28,312 bases of DNA from an uncultured Aquificales bacterium (GCA_964453345.1 CAYVOC010000017.1:3618-31929); one strand, 5' to 3'. Shown: positions 1 through 9,311, numbered from the stretch's first letter. Numbers and translations are program-made. Notes: generated by a model not told the origin, from the letters alone.

Positions 1-465
1 ACGGAGACCGATACTGTGGGCTGCGATGTGGATACGGAAACCTTTTTTGTGGGGGTCTCTCTCTCTTTGATCCCCTATGTGGATGAGACGGGTGTGGTCA
101 CCATGTTTGTTCACCCGAATATCACGGAGCTGAAGGATGTGCGCACCTTCAGGAGCGAGTGCGGAGATGTGCCCATTGAGGAGCCGGAGTTTTCCGTCAG
201 GGAGATGGATACGGTTGTGAAAGTTAAAGATGGAAACACCCTGATTATAGGGGGGCTCATAAAGAACAACCTGAAGAGTTCAAACTATCAGACTCCCCTC
301 CTCGGCGATATCCCCGGCTTGGGCTATCTCTTTTCAAGAAGGGAAACAGAGAGGGTGCGGACGGAGCTGTTTATTTTCATCACGCCCCATGTCATCTACA
401 GTCCACAGCCTTCCGGAAGGGGACTGACCTTGGGAACGAGATCCGTGGATGTGGTGGGAAGATGA
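1..465 (+). CDS. mshL: Secretin C-terminal domain (MshL/GspD/PilQ family), 5'-truncated by the window edge
   Basis: Frame 1 is open from base 1. It carries secretin motifs 'REMDTVVKVKDGNTLIIGGLI', 'PLLGDIPGLGYLF' and 'RTELFIFITPHVI'. The 'FFxGxxLxxxP...VHP' segment and the downstream gene order fit MshL. Confidence 0.85.
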   Translation, partial: TETDTVGCDVDTETFFVGVSLSLIPYVDETGVVTMFVHPNITELKDVRTFRSECGDVPIEEPEFSVREMDTVVKVKDGNTLIIGGLIKNNLKSSNYQTPLLGDIPGLGYLFSRRETERVRTELFIFITPHVIYSPQPSGRGLTLGTRSVDVVGR

Positions 466-1271
466 TAGTGACCAAATATTACGAGGCCCTTAATCTGAGG
501 GACAATCCCTTTTCTCTGACCCCCGATCCCGATAAATTTTTCCTCATGGCCTCCCATGTTGAGGCCATGGATACGGTTCTTTTTGCCCTCGATAACGGTG
601 TCCCCATGGTTAGAATCTACGGGGATCCTGGAACTGGCAAAACGGTTCTTCTCAAGCATCTTAAGGGCAGGTTGTTGAAGGAGAGGGGTATTAGAAGCGT
701 TTATGTTGCTTATAATCCCATGATGGGTCCCTTTGAGCTTGCAGAGAGTGTTCTTGGGTTCAGACCTGAGAGTTTTAAGCCCGGGGTCATTTCTGAGGCT
801 GTCAGACGGCTGACTTCTGAGGGGATCTATGTGGTTCTCCTTGATGAGGCTCAGGATATGGGCAGGGATCACTTCCTCTTTATAAAGTATCTTCTTGACG
901 AGTCTGGAAGCGGTGATGGCGGCAGGATCTTTATAGTCTGTGCGGGAACGGGGAGGTTGAAGAGTCTGTTTGAGGAGGAGGACCTCAGGCCCCTTGCCCA
1001 GAGGGCGCCTTACAAATCTGTGCTTGTGGGTTTGAGAAGGGACGAACTTTCCGGATATATTGACTACAGGCTGAGGCAGGCTGGTTACTCCGGGGAGTTT
1101 CCCTTCTCCTGGTGGGCTCTCAGGCTCATATGGAGGAAGACGAAGGGCAATCCGAGGAGGGTTAATATTCTTGCGGAGAGGTCTCTTCTTGCTGCAATAG
1201 TCAGGGGTAAGAGGAAGGTGGGCAGAAAAGAGGTGAAGGAAGCCATCAGAGATCTACCGGAGGATGTGTGA
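462..1271 (+). CDS. mshM: ExeA/MshM-family AAA ATPase (secretion/pilus assembly)
   Basis: N-terminal 'YYEALNLRDNPFSLTPDP', Walker A GDPGTGKT, Walker B 'VLLDEAQ', 'YIDYRLRQAG' and 'TKGNPRRVNILA'. ATGA overlap with the secretin gene. Confidence 0.88.
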   Translation: MIVTKYYEALNLRDNPFSLTPDPDKFFLMASHVEAMDTVLFALDNGVPMVRIYGDPGTGKTVLLKHLKGRLLKERGIRSVYVAYNPMMGPFELAESVLGFRPESFKPGVISEAVRRLTSEGIYVVLLDEAQDMGRDHFLFIKYLLDESGSGDGGRIFIVCAGTGRLKSLFEEEDLRPLAQRAPYKSVLVGLRRDELSGYIDYRLRQAGYSGEFPFSWWALRLIWRKTKGNPRRVNILAERSLLAAIVRGKRKVGRKEVKEAIRDLPEDV

Positions 1272-2267
1272 ATGTCCCTGCCCCACAGGTTCTTCAGCAG
1301 ATTGAGGGAGGGGGGGAGTGCGAGGTCTCTCAGTCCGTGGCACAAGGCTCTGCTGTTGCTTTTGCTTCTTGGTAGCGCAGCCTTAGGTTACATTGCCGTT
1401 TCTAAGTATGTGGCTCGCAGATCCCCAGTCCGAAGATCTGTGGTGAAGAGGCAGGTGGTCAAAGGTCAGGTGCCGGCCCCTGCCCCCAGGAAGTCTGAAA
1501 AGATTCATCCTGTCAAGCAGGTTGAAAATAAAAAAACGCAACCTGTGGAGAAACCAAAACCTACTTTCAAACTTAAGACTGCAAAGCCTGTAAGAGCACG
1601 CAAAGAAGCTGTTAAAAGGGTTGTGGGTGTCAGAAAACCTTCAAGGAAATCTTCTGTTAAAGTCAAAAGAAGGGTTGTTGTAAAGAAGGCCCGCCCTTCC
1701 AGAGAGGTCCTTCTGTTGTCCCTGCTTGAGGAGGCCACGAAGGCCTTTGCAAGGGGAGATCTTGGAACGGCTCTTGTCAAGTATTCTAAGGCTCTGGAGC
1801 TTGATCCGTCCAACAGAAAGGCCCTTCTGAATCTGGCGATTATCCACTACAAACTGGGTAATGTGAAGAAGGCTAAGGACCTTTTGCATAGGCTTTTGGA
1901 GATCTATCCCAAGGATGCGGATGCAATGAATAATCTTGCGGTTATCAGGATGGAGGAGGGGGATTATAACGGGGCCTTGGAGTTGATTGATAGGTGCTTG
2001 GAGGTGTATCCTGCCAATAGGGTGGCCCTGATAAACAAGGGGATATGCCTATACAGGCTTGGAAGGGTTGATGAGGCGCTTGAGGTTTTTAGAAGGGGGG
2101 TGCAGCTTTACCCGGACGAATACAGGTTCTTTCTTTACGCTGGTATCATACTGTATGAAAGGGGAGATGTTGCCGGCGCCTATCCCCTTTTGAGAAGGGC
2201 CTACACCCTCATGGAGGATAAATCCAGTCCGGATGCGGAACTTTTAAGGAGGGTTTTGGAGCAATGA
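1272..2267 (+). CDS. Membrane-anchored TPR protein (MshN-like position) with a basic low-complexity linker
   Basis: Hydrophobic helix 'ALLLLLLLGSAALGYIAV', a Lys/Arg/Pro/Val-rich linker, then about 5 TPR repeats (e.g. 'ALLNLAIIHYKLG', 'AMNNLAVIRMEEG', 'ALINKGICLYRLG'). GGAGGA lies 7 nt before the ATG. Confidence 0.85.
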   Translation: MSLPHRFFSRLREGGSARSLSPWHKALLLLLLLGSAALGYIAVSKYVARRSPVRRSVVKRQVVKGQVPAPAPRKSEKIHPVKQVENKKTQPVEKPKPTFKLKTAKPVRARKEAVKRVVGVRKPSRKSSVKVKRRVVVKKARPSREVLLLSLLEEATKAFARGDLGTALVKYSKALELDPSNRKALLNLAIIHYKLGNVKKAKDLLHRLLEIYPKDADAMNNLAVIRMEEGDYNGALELIDRCLEVYPANRVALINKGICLYRLGRVDEALEVFRRGVQLYPDEYRFFLYAGIILYERGDVAGAYPLLRRAYTLMEDKSSPDAELLRRVLEQ

Positions 2268-3901
2268 GGAAGAGATTGGGTGATCTTTTGATGGAGAAGG
2301 GACTCATAACCCAGAGGGAGCTGAGCATTGCCCTTGCCATACAGAAGATAACGGGGACCAGACTGGGTGAGACCTTGATCAGGCTTGGTTTTGTTACCTC
2401 CAAGGCCGTTGGGGAGGTTCTGGCAGAGCAGTGGAACATGGAATATATAGATCTTTCCCTTTACCCTCCCACGAGTGAGGCTTTGAAGCTTATTCCCAGG
2501 AGGGTTGCAGAGGAATACGGGATAATTCCCATCTATCTTGAGGGAAACACCCTTGTTTTGGGCACCATTGATCCGGGAAATGTTGCGGGACTTGATATCG
2601 CCAGAAGGATCACCGGAAGGGTTGTGAAGGCAAAACTTGTGGATGTTGAGACCTTCAACGAGACGGTTGAGAGGACCTACTATTTCCTTGAGAACCCCAT
2701 AGATAAGGAGATCGTTGCCACCATTGACGATTTGAAGAGTGCGCCAACCGTTGATGTTGCCAAGGTGAGCAGGCTTGTGGATCTTTTGGTTGAGGAGTGC
2801 ATAAGGGTCAGGGGAACGGATATGCACATTACCCCCTATGAGGATGTTATAACCGTCTTCTACAGGATCGACGGTGTTCTCCACTTTGCCTACGCCCTTC
2901 CCAAGGAGATACAGAATGCGCTTGTTTCAAGGATAAAGATTATGAGTGGAATGGACATAGCGGAGCAGAGGCTTCCCCAGGACGGAGCCTTCTCCTACAA
3001 CTTTATCGGCAGAAGCTACGATATGAGGGTTTCCACAGTTCCCACTATCTACGGTGAGAATGTGGTTGTGAGGGTGCTTACCAAGAGCTCATCCCTTCTT
3101 GAGCTGGGAAGGTTGGGATACAGGGAGGAGCAGGTTGTAACTTTGAGAAAACTCTTTAAAAAGCCCCACGGCATAATAGTGGTTTGCGGTCCCACGGGTT
3201 CCGGTAAGACCACCACGCTCTATTCAGCTATAAGGGAGCTGGATCTGATTGAGAGGAATGTGATTACGGTTGAGGATCCGGTTGAGTATAAGTTCGCCTT
3301 TGTTAGACAGACCCAGGTGAACGAGAGGGCCGGATACACCTTCGCCCTTGCGGGAAGGCATTTCATGAGGCAGGATCCGGACGTTATTCTCATAGGTGAG
3401 ATCAGGGATGAGGAGACTGCGAGCATAGCCCTTAGGGCCTCTATAACGGGTCATCTGGTTCTCACCACCCTTCACACCAACGATGCGGTCTCGTCCATCC
3501 CCAGGCTGGTGGACTTCAATGTTGATAGGTTCATGCTGGGTTATGCCCTTGCGGCGGCCATTTCTCAGAGGCTTGTTAGAAGGATATGCGAGTATTGCAG
3601 GGAGGAGTATGAGGCAACTAAGGAAGAGGTGGAGGAGTTTGGTATCCCTGAGGGAACGGTTCTTTCCCGCGGAAGGGGATGCGAGTCCTGCAATTATACG
3701 GGGTATCTGGGCAGAACGGTGATAAGCGAGATACTGGTTGTTGATGAGGATATAGCCCACATGATCTCCGAGGGTGAGAGCCTTCTCAACATAAGAAGGG
3801 CGGCCATGGAGAAGGGGATGGTTCCCATGAGGGATGACGGGGTCAAGAAGGCCCTTGAGGGTGTCACCACCCTTGATGAGGTCAGGAGGGTTGTGGGCTG
3901 A
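2264..3901 (+). CDS. mshE: GspE/PilB/MshE assembly ATPase with N-terminal MshEN c-di-GMP-binding domain
   Basis: Tandem RLG motifs at the N-terminus, 'MDIAEQRLPQDG', Walker A GPTGSGKTT, 'TVEDPVEY', 'RQDPDVILIGEIRD', 'TGHLVLTTLHTN', and a tetracysteine CxxC...CxxC motif. Confidence 0.93.
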   Translation: MRKRLGDLLMEKGLITQRELSIALAIQKITGTRLGETLIRLGFVTSKAVGEVLAEQWNMEYIDLSLYPPTSEALKLIPRRVAEEYGIIPIYLEGNTLVLGTIDPGNVAGLDIARRITGRVVKAKLVDVETFNETVERTYYFLENPIDKEIVATIDDLKSAPTVDVAKVSRLVDLLVEECIRVRGTDMHITPYEDVITVFYRIDGVLHFAYALPKEIQNALVSRIKIMSGMDIAEQRLPQDGAFSYNFIGRSYDMRVSTVPTIYGENVVVRVLTKSSSLLELGRLGYREEQVVTLRKLFKKPHGIIVVCGPTGSGKTTTLYSAIRELDLIERNVITVEDPVEYKFAFVRQTQVNERAGYTFALAGRHFMRQDPDVILIGEIRDEETASIALRASITGHLVLTTLHTNDAVSSIPRLVDFNVDRFMLGYALAAAISQRLVRRICEYCREEYEATKEEVEEFGIPEGTVLSRGRGCESCNYTGYLGRTVISEILVVDEDIAHMISEGESLLNIRRAAMEKGMVPMRDDGVKKALEGVTTLDEVRRVVG

Positions 3902-3904
3902 TCT

Positions 3905-5125
3905 ATGGGAATCTATCTCTGCAGGCTTCTGTATTCTGACGGCAGGAGCCGGTGGCTTCTGGTGAAGGAGGATGAGTTTTTACCCCTCCTAAAGCAGAAG
4001 GATCCGCTTCTCATCTCCCATTACGAGATTCCGGACTGGTTGTTTACCCTCTTTTCGAAGCTCAGGGATCTGGCTTCCGGCAGGGTAAAGACGGAGGAGC
4101 TGATAGATTTTGCCAAAAGCATGTCGGTGATGCTGAGGGCCGGGATCTCTGTGGTTTATGCAATTGAAGACTATGCGGATATGACTGGGAACAGGTTGCT
4201 TAAGAAGACCCTGCTGGATGTGGCTGAAAGAGTGAGGGCGGGGGAGAGTCTGTCCGAGGCCCTCGCGCGGCATCCCCGGGTTTTTCCGGAGGTCTTCTCC
4301 AGGGTGGTCAGGATCGGGGAGGAGACGGGAAGTCTGGAGCAGGCCTTTGCGGATATAGCGGCACACCTTGAAAGGGTGCTTGAGCTGAGAAACGGCATAA
4401 AGAAGGCCCTCATGTATCCGAGCTTTGTGATGGTCACAACCTTTGGCGCCCTCGTCTTCTGGCTCATATACGTTATGCCCAAGATAGTGGGGCTGTTTGA
4501 GCGCATGAATTTATCTTTGCCCACTATAACCATCTTCATCGTTGAATTCAGCCGCTTTGTGATGGGAAACATACAGTATATTCTTGCAGCTGTTGTTCTG
4601 ATAATTGTGGCCTGTGTTATCGCTGTTAAAAAAAGCAGAAGAGCGGCCTACGCCTTTCACTGGCTGCTTTTGAGGCTGCCCATTGTGAAGCTTGTTCTTA
4701 ATTACTTCCAGCTTGCCTTTATAGCGGATTATTTGAGGCTTCTGGTTATGTCTGGAGCCAACATAGACAGGGCGCTGGAGCTGGTGGCCCAGGGTGTGGG
4801 CAACCTTGTTTACAGAGAGGCCCTTTTCAAGATAAAGGAGAAGGTGGTTATGGGGGAGTCGCTTTCGTCCTCATTTAGTGAGTTTCCCCTGTTTCCCAGA
4901 TTCTTTATAAGGATGCTCAAATCCGGTGAGGAGAGCGGAACCCTTGATGAGCAGATGAAGTTTGCGGCGGACACCTACTACGAGAAGCTGAGGGATCTTA
5001 CAGAGAAGATGGGTAAGATGATAGAGCCGATAGTTCTTATAGTTGTGGGTGGATTGTTCGCCATAATAATGGTTTCCCTGCTGTTCCCCATCTATCAGCT
5101 CATAGGCAACATGGGGAGGATGTGA
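3905..5125 (+). CDS. mshG: Inner-membrane platform protein, GspF/PilC/MshG family
   Basis: Two T2SSF repeats ('GESLSEAL...GEETGSL', 'GESLSSSF...GEESGTL'), 'ALMYP', 'LPTIT' and 'IEP...LLFPIY', with three TM segments. Confidence 0.92.
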   Translation: MGIYLCRLLYSDGRSRWLLVKEDEFLPLLKQKDPLLISHYEIPDWLFTLFSKLRDLASGRVKTEELIDFAKSMSVMLRAGISVVYAIEDYADMTGNRLLKKTLLDVAERVRAGESLSEALARHPRVFPEVFSRVVRIGEETGSLEQAFADIAAHLERVLELRNGIKKALMYPSFVMVTTFGALVFWLIYVMPKIVGLFERMNLSLPTITIFIVEFSRFVMGNIQYILAAVVLIIVACVIAVKKSRRAAYAFHWLLLRLPIVKLVLNYFQLAFIADYLRLLVMSGANIDRALELVAQGVGNLVYREALFKIKEKVVMGESLSSSFSEFPLFPRFFIRMLKSGEESGTLDEQMKFAADTYYEKLRDLTEKMGKMIEPIVLIVVGGLFAIIMVSLLFPIYQLIGNMGRM

Positions 5126-6426
5126 TGGAGCAATCTCTGTTCTTTGCCCTTGGCGGATTGATTCTGGGGGTTGCCGTTGGTTTCTGGTGGGGGAGCAGGA
5201 GGGCTAAGTCCCTGCGGGATGCCTTGGATCAGGAGAGGGGCAGGCGGATAGAGCTTGAGGCGAGACTTAATGCCTTTGGTTCCTTGGAGGACAGGTTGAA
5301 GGATGTTTTTGCTTCCCTTACGCTTCAGGCCTTAAGACAAAGTTCCGAGCAGCTTGTAAGCCTTGCTGATAGTCTTCTTGGGAAGTCCATTGAGAAGGCC
5401 AAGGCGGAATTTGTTGAGAAGGAAAGGGCGGTGGAGTCCATGGTGGCGCCGGTGAAGGAGCTTCTTGAGAAGATGGAGAGGCGCATGGAGCAGATGGAGC
5501 GGGAAAGGGAGGGTGCGCACAGGGAGCTTTTGACCCAGGTGAGGGATCTTGCGGAGAAAAGCGAGCTTCTAAGGAGGGAGACGGAAAGGTTATATACCGC
5601 TCTCAGGAGGCCTTCTGTCAGGGGCAGGTGGGGAGAGATAACCCTTAGGAACGCAATAGAGCTTGCGGGCCTGAGCAGGTATGCGGATTTTGTTGAGCAG
5701 GAGAGCCTCAAAGGGCACTCTTCGGTGCTCAGGCCGGATGTGGTGATAAGGCTTCCTGGGGGAAGGTTTATAGCGGTTGATGCAAAGGTGCCCATCGATA
5801 GATACCTTGATGCCATGGAGGCGGAGAGCGAGGAGGAAAGGGTAAGGCTTTTGAAAGAGCATGCGAAGGCCGTGAGGGATCACATAAAGAGGCTTTCGGA
5901 TAAGTCCTACTGGAAGGCCTTAGGGGATGCGCTGGACTTTGTGGTGATGTTTATCCCTGCGGATTCCTTTCTGAGCGCTGCCCTTGAGGTGGACAGGGAC
6001 CTGCTTGAGGATGGGGTTAGAAGGAGGGTGATCGTTGCCACTCCCACCCTGCTTGTTGCCCTGCTGAGGGTGGTGGCCCTCACCTGGAGGGAGTTTGAGC
6101 TTGCAAGGCAGGTTAAGCAGATAGTTGATATGGGCAGGGAGCTGGTCAAGAGGTCCTCTACCCTTACGGATAGAATGGATAAGCTTGGCAGGCAGATATC
6201 GTCGGTCGTGAAGTCCTATAATGAGGCTGTGGCTTCCTGGAATAACCGGTTTTTGCCCCATCTCGTCAGGGTAGCCGGGGTGGACGATTCCCTCCTGAGG
6301 CAGCTTGACATGCTGGAGATGGATGTGAGAAGCGTCAGGAAGGTGGATTATGGAGAGGCTGGGGAAAAGTCTGGAGGATTATCTGGAGGCAATTTACCTT
6401 CTGGCTCTGAAGAAGAAGGTGGTTAG
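5125..6426 (+). CDS. rmuC: DNA recombination protein RmuC
   Basis: N-terminal TM, coiled coil, 'RGRWGEITL', PD-(D/E)xK core 'RPDVVIRLPGGRFIAVDAKVP', 'DFVVMFIP' and 'ATPTLLVALL'. ATG 5125 is better spaced from GGAGG than GTG 5122. Confidence 0.92.
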   Translation: MEQSLFFALGGLILGVAVGFWWGSRRAKSLRDALDQERGRRIELEARLNAFGSLEDRLKDVFASLTLQALRQSSEQLVSLADSLLGKSIEKAKAEFVEKERAVESMVAPVKELLEKMERRMEQMEREREGAHRELLTQVRDLAEKSELLRRETERLYTALRRPSVRGRWGEITLRNAIELAGLSRYADFVEQESLKGHSSVLRPDVVIRLPGGRFIAVDAKVPIDRYLDAMEAESEEERVRLLKEHAKAVRDHIKRLSDKSYWKALGDALDFVVMFIPADSFLSAALEVDRDLLEDGVRRRVIVATPTLLVALLRVVALTWREFELARQVKQIVDMGRELVKRSSTLTDRMDKLGRQISSVVKSYNEAVASWNNRFLPHLVRVAGVDDSLLRQLDMLEMDVRSVRKVDYGEAGEKSGGLSGGNLPSGSEEEGG

Positions 6427-6730
6427 GGTCACCGATGTTGCCGAAAGCTTGGGGGTGAAGAAGCCGAGTGTGGTGGTTGCCCTGCGAAGGTTGAGGGATG
6501 AGGGGCTGGTCTCTCAGGAGAGATACGGGTATATTGAGCTTACCCCCAAGGGCAGGGAGCTGGCTGAGGATGTGTATTTCAGGCATCAGGTGCTTTTGAG
6601 GTTTTTCAGGGACTTTCTGGGGGTGTCTCCGGAGGTTGCGGAGAAGGATGCCTGCATCATGGAGCACTATCTGAGTGAGGAAAGCCTCAATAAGCTTAGG
6701 GAGTTTATGGAGAAATGGGAAAAGCGCTGA
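6350..6730 (+). CDS. mntR: DtxR/MntR-family metal-dependent transcriptional repressor (no FeoA/SH3 domain)
   Basis: 'SLEDYLEAIY', HTH 'VTDVAESLGVKKPSVVVAL', 'RHQVLLRFF' and 'EKDACIMEHYLS'. Confidence 0.88.
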   Translation: MERLGKSLEDYLEAIYLLALKKKVVRVTDVAESLGVKKPSVVVALRRLRDEGLVSQERYGYIELTPKGRELAEDVYFRHQVLLRFFRDFLGVSPEVAEKDACIMEHYLSEESLNKLREFMEKWEKR

Positions 6731-7527
6731 AGGTTTTGCTGATTCTTCTTGTTTTCTGTTCCGCCTCTTACGGTAGGGTGAGGGTTGTGGCAAGCATATG
6801 GCCCTTGGCCCTTATGGTCAGGGATGTGGGGGGAGAGTATGTTGATGTGGATACCCTTTTGCCTCCCGGTCTGTCGGTTCACCTGTGGGAGATGAGGCCG
6901 AGGGATGTTTTGAAGATTAAGAGAGCCGATCTTTTAGTGATGGTGGGGTGTTCTGCGGAACCCTGGTTGAAGGCTTCCATCGCCCCGAGGATCTGGAGGC
7001 TGTGCGATGGGGTTGAGCTGAAGGGGGGCAATCCCCATGTATGGCTCAGCTTCGAGGTGGTGGAGAAAAGGGCGCTTGATCTTGCCGATACCTTGGGGAG
7101 GCTGGATGCGGAGCATGCCGATTACTTCAGGGCTAAGGCAAAGTCTTTGGTTGATTCTTTGAGGCGCCTGAGGCTTTCCTTCAGATCCCTTCCGGATACT
7201 AAGGTGGTTTCCCATCATGGGGCCTGGGTGTATCTGTTGCCTGAGCTGGGGATGGATTATGTGGGTTCCATTGAGCCTGCTCCCCACAGGGAGCCGGGAC
7301 CCAAGAGGCTCTTTTATTTGATAAAAAAGCTCTCCTCGGGTAGGTGCAGGATTGTTGTGAGTGAGTGGGGACACAACGAGAGGCTTGCAAGGATGATCGC
7401 AAAGAAAAGCGGAGCCTGTTTGGCAACCCTTTATCCCCTCGGCAGGGGTGATGAATCAAGTCTTGTAGATTTTTTCGCCCGAAATCTTTCGGCTCTTGAG
7501 AGGTGCATTGAAAGATGTATCAGGTGA
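6715..7527 (+). CDS. Metal ABC transporter substrate-binding protein (ZnuA/TroA, cluster A-I)
   Basis: Signal peptide, 'VVASIWPL', 'LLPPGLSVHLWE', 'NPHVWL', 'HHGAWVYL' and 'EPGPKRL'. Confidence 0.85.
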   Translation: MGKALKVLLILLVFCSASYGRVRVVASIWPLALMVRDVGGEYVDVDTLLPPGLSVHLWEMRPRDVLKIKRADLLVMVGCSAEPWLKASIAPRIWRLCDGVELKGGNPHVWLSFEVVEKRALDLADTLGRLDAEHADYFRAKAKSLVDSLRRLRLSFRSLPDTKVVSHHGAWVYLLPELGMDYVGSIEPAPHREPGPKRLFYLIKKLSSGRCRIVVSEWGHNERLARMIAKKSGACLATLYPLGRGDESSLVDFFARNLSALERCIERCIR

Positions 7528-8990
7528 TAGCTCGGAGGTGGCGTCCCAGAACCTTCAGCGAGGTTGTGGGCCAGAGGCATGTGGTTGAAACCTTGAGGAG
7601 GGCCATAGAGAAGGGCAAGATCCTGCATGCTTACCTTTTTGCAGGTCCCAGGGGAGTTGGGAAAACCTCCATGGCCAGGATCTTTGCCAAGGCGCTTAAC
7701 TGTGAGAAAGGGCCTACCCCCGATCCCTGCTGCAGCTGTGAGGCGTGCCTCGCCATAGAGAAGGGGACCTTTGTGGATGTTGTGGAGATGGATGCCGCCT
7801 CCAACAGGGGCATAGACGAGATAAGGGAGCTGAGGGAGCGGGTGAGATACGCAAGCGTGAAGGGCAGATACAAGGTTTACATAATAGACGAGGTTCACAT
7901 GCTCACGGATCAGGCCTTCAATGCCCTGTTGAAGACCCTTGAGGAGCCGCCTCCGGGGGTTGTTTTCATCTTTGCCACCACAGAGCCCCGCCGCATCCCC
8001 CAGACCATCCTTTCAAGGTGCGTGAGGTTTGACTTCAAGCCCCTCAGCATGGCGGAGGCCGTGGAGATATTGAAGCGCATCTGCGACAGGGAGGGGGTCA
8101 GGTATGAAGAGGAGGCCCTGAGGGTTATCGCCAAGGCGTCCGGCGGATCCCTCAGGGATGCGGAGATGCTCCTTGAACAGTCCATCCTGTTTACGGACGG
8201 CGATATAACTACAGAGAGGGTTTATGAGGTTCTGGGGCTTGTGGATACCCTGATCGTTGAGCGCTTTACCCATGCCCTCGTTAGTAGGGATGTGGATACC
8301 GCCTTGAAGGTGTTTTCGGAGGATGTGCTGGGCAGGGGATACGATGTTGGTGGTTTTCTCAACACGCTGCTGGACTATTTGAGGGACAGATTGAGGGAGA
8401 GTGCGGTTTCCGGCAAGACCGACGATGCGATCAGGTTCTACACCTTTCTGAGAACCTTCCTGCGGCTTGCCGAGGAGGTTAGAAGGCATCCCTTTCCGGA
8501 GCTTGTGGTGGAGGCGGAAATCATAAGGCTTGCGTCCCTGCCCCCTTTGGAGGGGATCGCTTCGCTTGTGAAGGCCCTTTCAGATTCCCGCCCGCTTTCC
8601 GATAAGGTTTCGGAAGAAGAGAAACCCTTGCCTGAGAAGAAACCTTCGGAAAAGGATGCCCTTGGGGTTCTCCTTGAGCTTCTTGCCGACAGAAAACCCT
8701 TCCTCAAGGAGGCGCTCAAGGAGGCGAGGGTGTATTTTGACGGTGAAGATATAGTTATTGAGCCGGGGAGCCTGCGGAGCGTGGTCTGGGACAGGGTGAG
8801 GGAGGAGGAGACCTTTCTGAGAGAGCTTGCCGGCTCTGCTGGATACGGGCTGAGGATTGAGGGGGTGCCTGTGGAGAACGGCTCCCAGAAGCCCGATGTG
8901 AGGGAGAGGGCGAGGAACAATCCGGTGGTCAGAAGCATTCTGGAGGCGTTTCCAGAGGCCTTTATAGTTGATGTGAAGAGGAGGAGTTGA
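7515..8990 (+). CDS. dnaX: DNA polymerase III subunit gamma/tau
   Basis: 'ARRWRPRTFSEVVGQ', Walker A GPRGVGKT, Zn-binding Cys cluster, 'DAASNRG', 'IIDEVHML', 'NALLKTLEEPP' and the SRC motif. Confidence 0.97.
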   Translation: MYQVIARRWRPRTFSEVVGQRHVVETLRRAIEKGKILHAYLFAGPRGVGKTSMARIFAKALNCEKGPTPDPCCSCEACLAIEKGTFVDVVEMDAASNRGIDEIRELRERVRYASVKGRYKVYIIDEVHMLTDQAFNALLKTLEEPPPGVVFIFATTEPRRIPQTILSRCVRFDFKPLSMAEAVEILKRICDREGVRYEEEALRVIAKASGGSLRDAEMLLEQSILFTDGDITTERVYEVLGLVDTLIVERFTHALVSRDVDTALKVFSEDVLGRGYDVGGFLNTLLDYLRDRLRESAVSGKTDDAIRFYTFLRTFLRLAEEVRRHPFPELVVEAEIIRLASLPPLEGIASLVKALSDSRPLSDKVSEEEKPLPEKKPSEKDALGVLLELLADRKPFLKEALKEARVYFDGEDIVIEPGSLRSVVWDRVREEETFLRELAGSAGYGLRIEGVPVENGSQKPDVRERARNNPVVRSILEAFPEAFIVDVKRRS

Positions 8991-8993
8991 GCC

Positions 8994-9308
8994 ATGGATC
9001 TGTTTGCCATGATGAAGAACATACAGAGGCTGAAGGCGAAGGTTGAGGATATGAAGGAGTCCCTGAAGGGGAAGGTGGTTGAGGGATCTGCCGGTGGGGG
9101 CATGGTGAAGGTGAAGGTTTCGGGTGCCCAGGAGGTTCTATCCCTGGAGATTGACCCCACCGTTTGGGAGAGCATGGACAAAGAGGTGATAGAGGATCTG
9201 GTGGTGGCCGCCGTTAACGATGGTCTGTCCAAGTCCAAGGAGCTTATGGAGGAGGAGCTGAAGAGGGTTGCTTCGGAGTTAGGATTCCCTCTGCCGGGGC
9301 TTTTCTGA
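8994..9308 (+). CDS. ybaB: YbaB/EbfC nucleoid-associated protein
   Basis: 'VEGSAGGGMVKV' and 'EDLVVAAVND', in the canonical position between dnaX and recR. Confidence 0.95.
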   Translation: MDLFAMMKNIQRLKAKVEDMKESLKGKVVEGSAGGGMVKVKVSGAQEVLSLEIDPTVWESMDKEVIEDLVVAAVNDGLSKSKELMEEELKRVASELGFPLPGLF

Positions 9309-9311
9309 GCC

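Noticed and set aside
6350..6426. 77-nt rmuC/mntR overlap as dual-coding innovation
   Set aside because: The RmuC tail is low-complexity Gly/Ser/Glu read from the alternate frame of the conserved MntR N-terminus. It is most likely simple stop-codon drift.
7400..7515. SRP RNA or tRNA often found upstream of dnaX
   Set aside because: dnaX overlaps the upstream CDS, so there is no intergenic space, and no such motif is visible.
7515..8990. Programmed frameshift/slippage site or intein in dnaX
   Set aside because: I found no A AAA AAG heptamer or long poly-A run. The length (491 aa) leaves no room for an intein.
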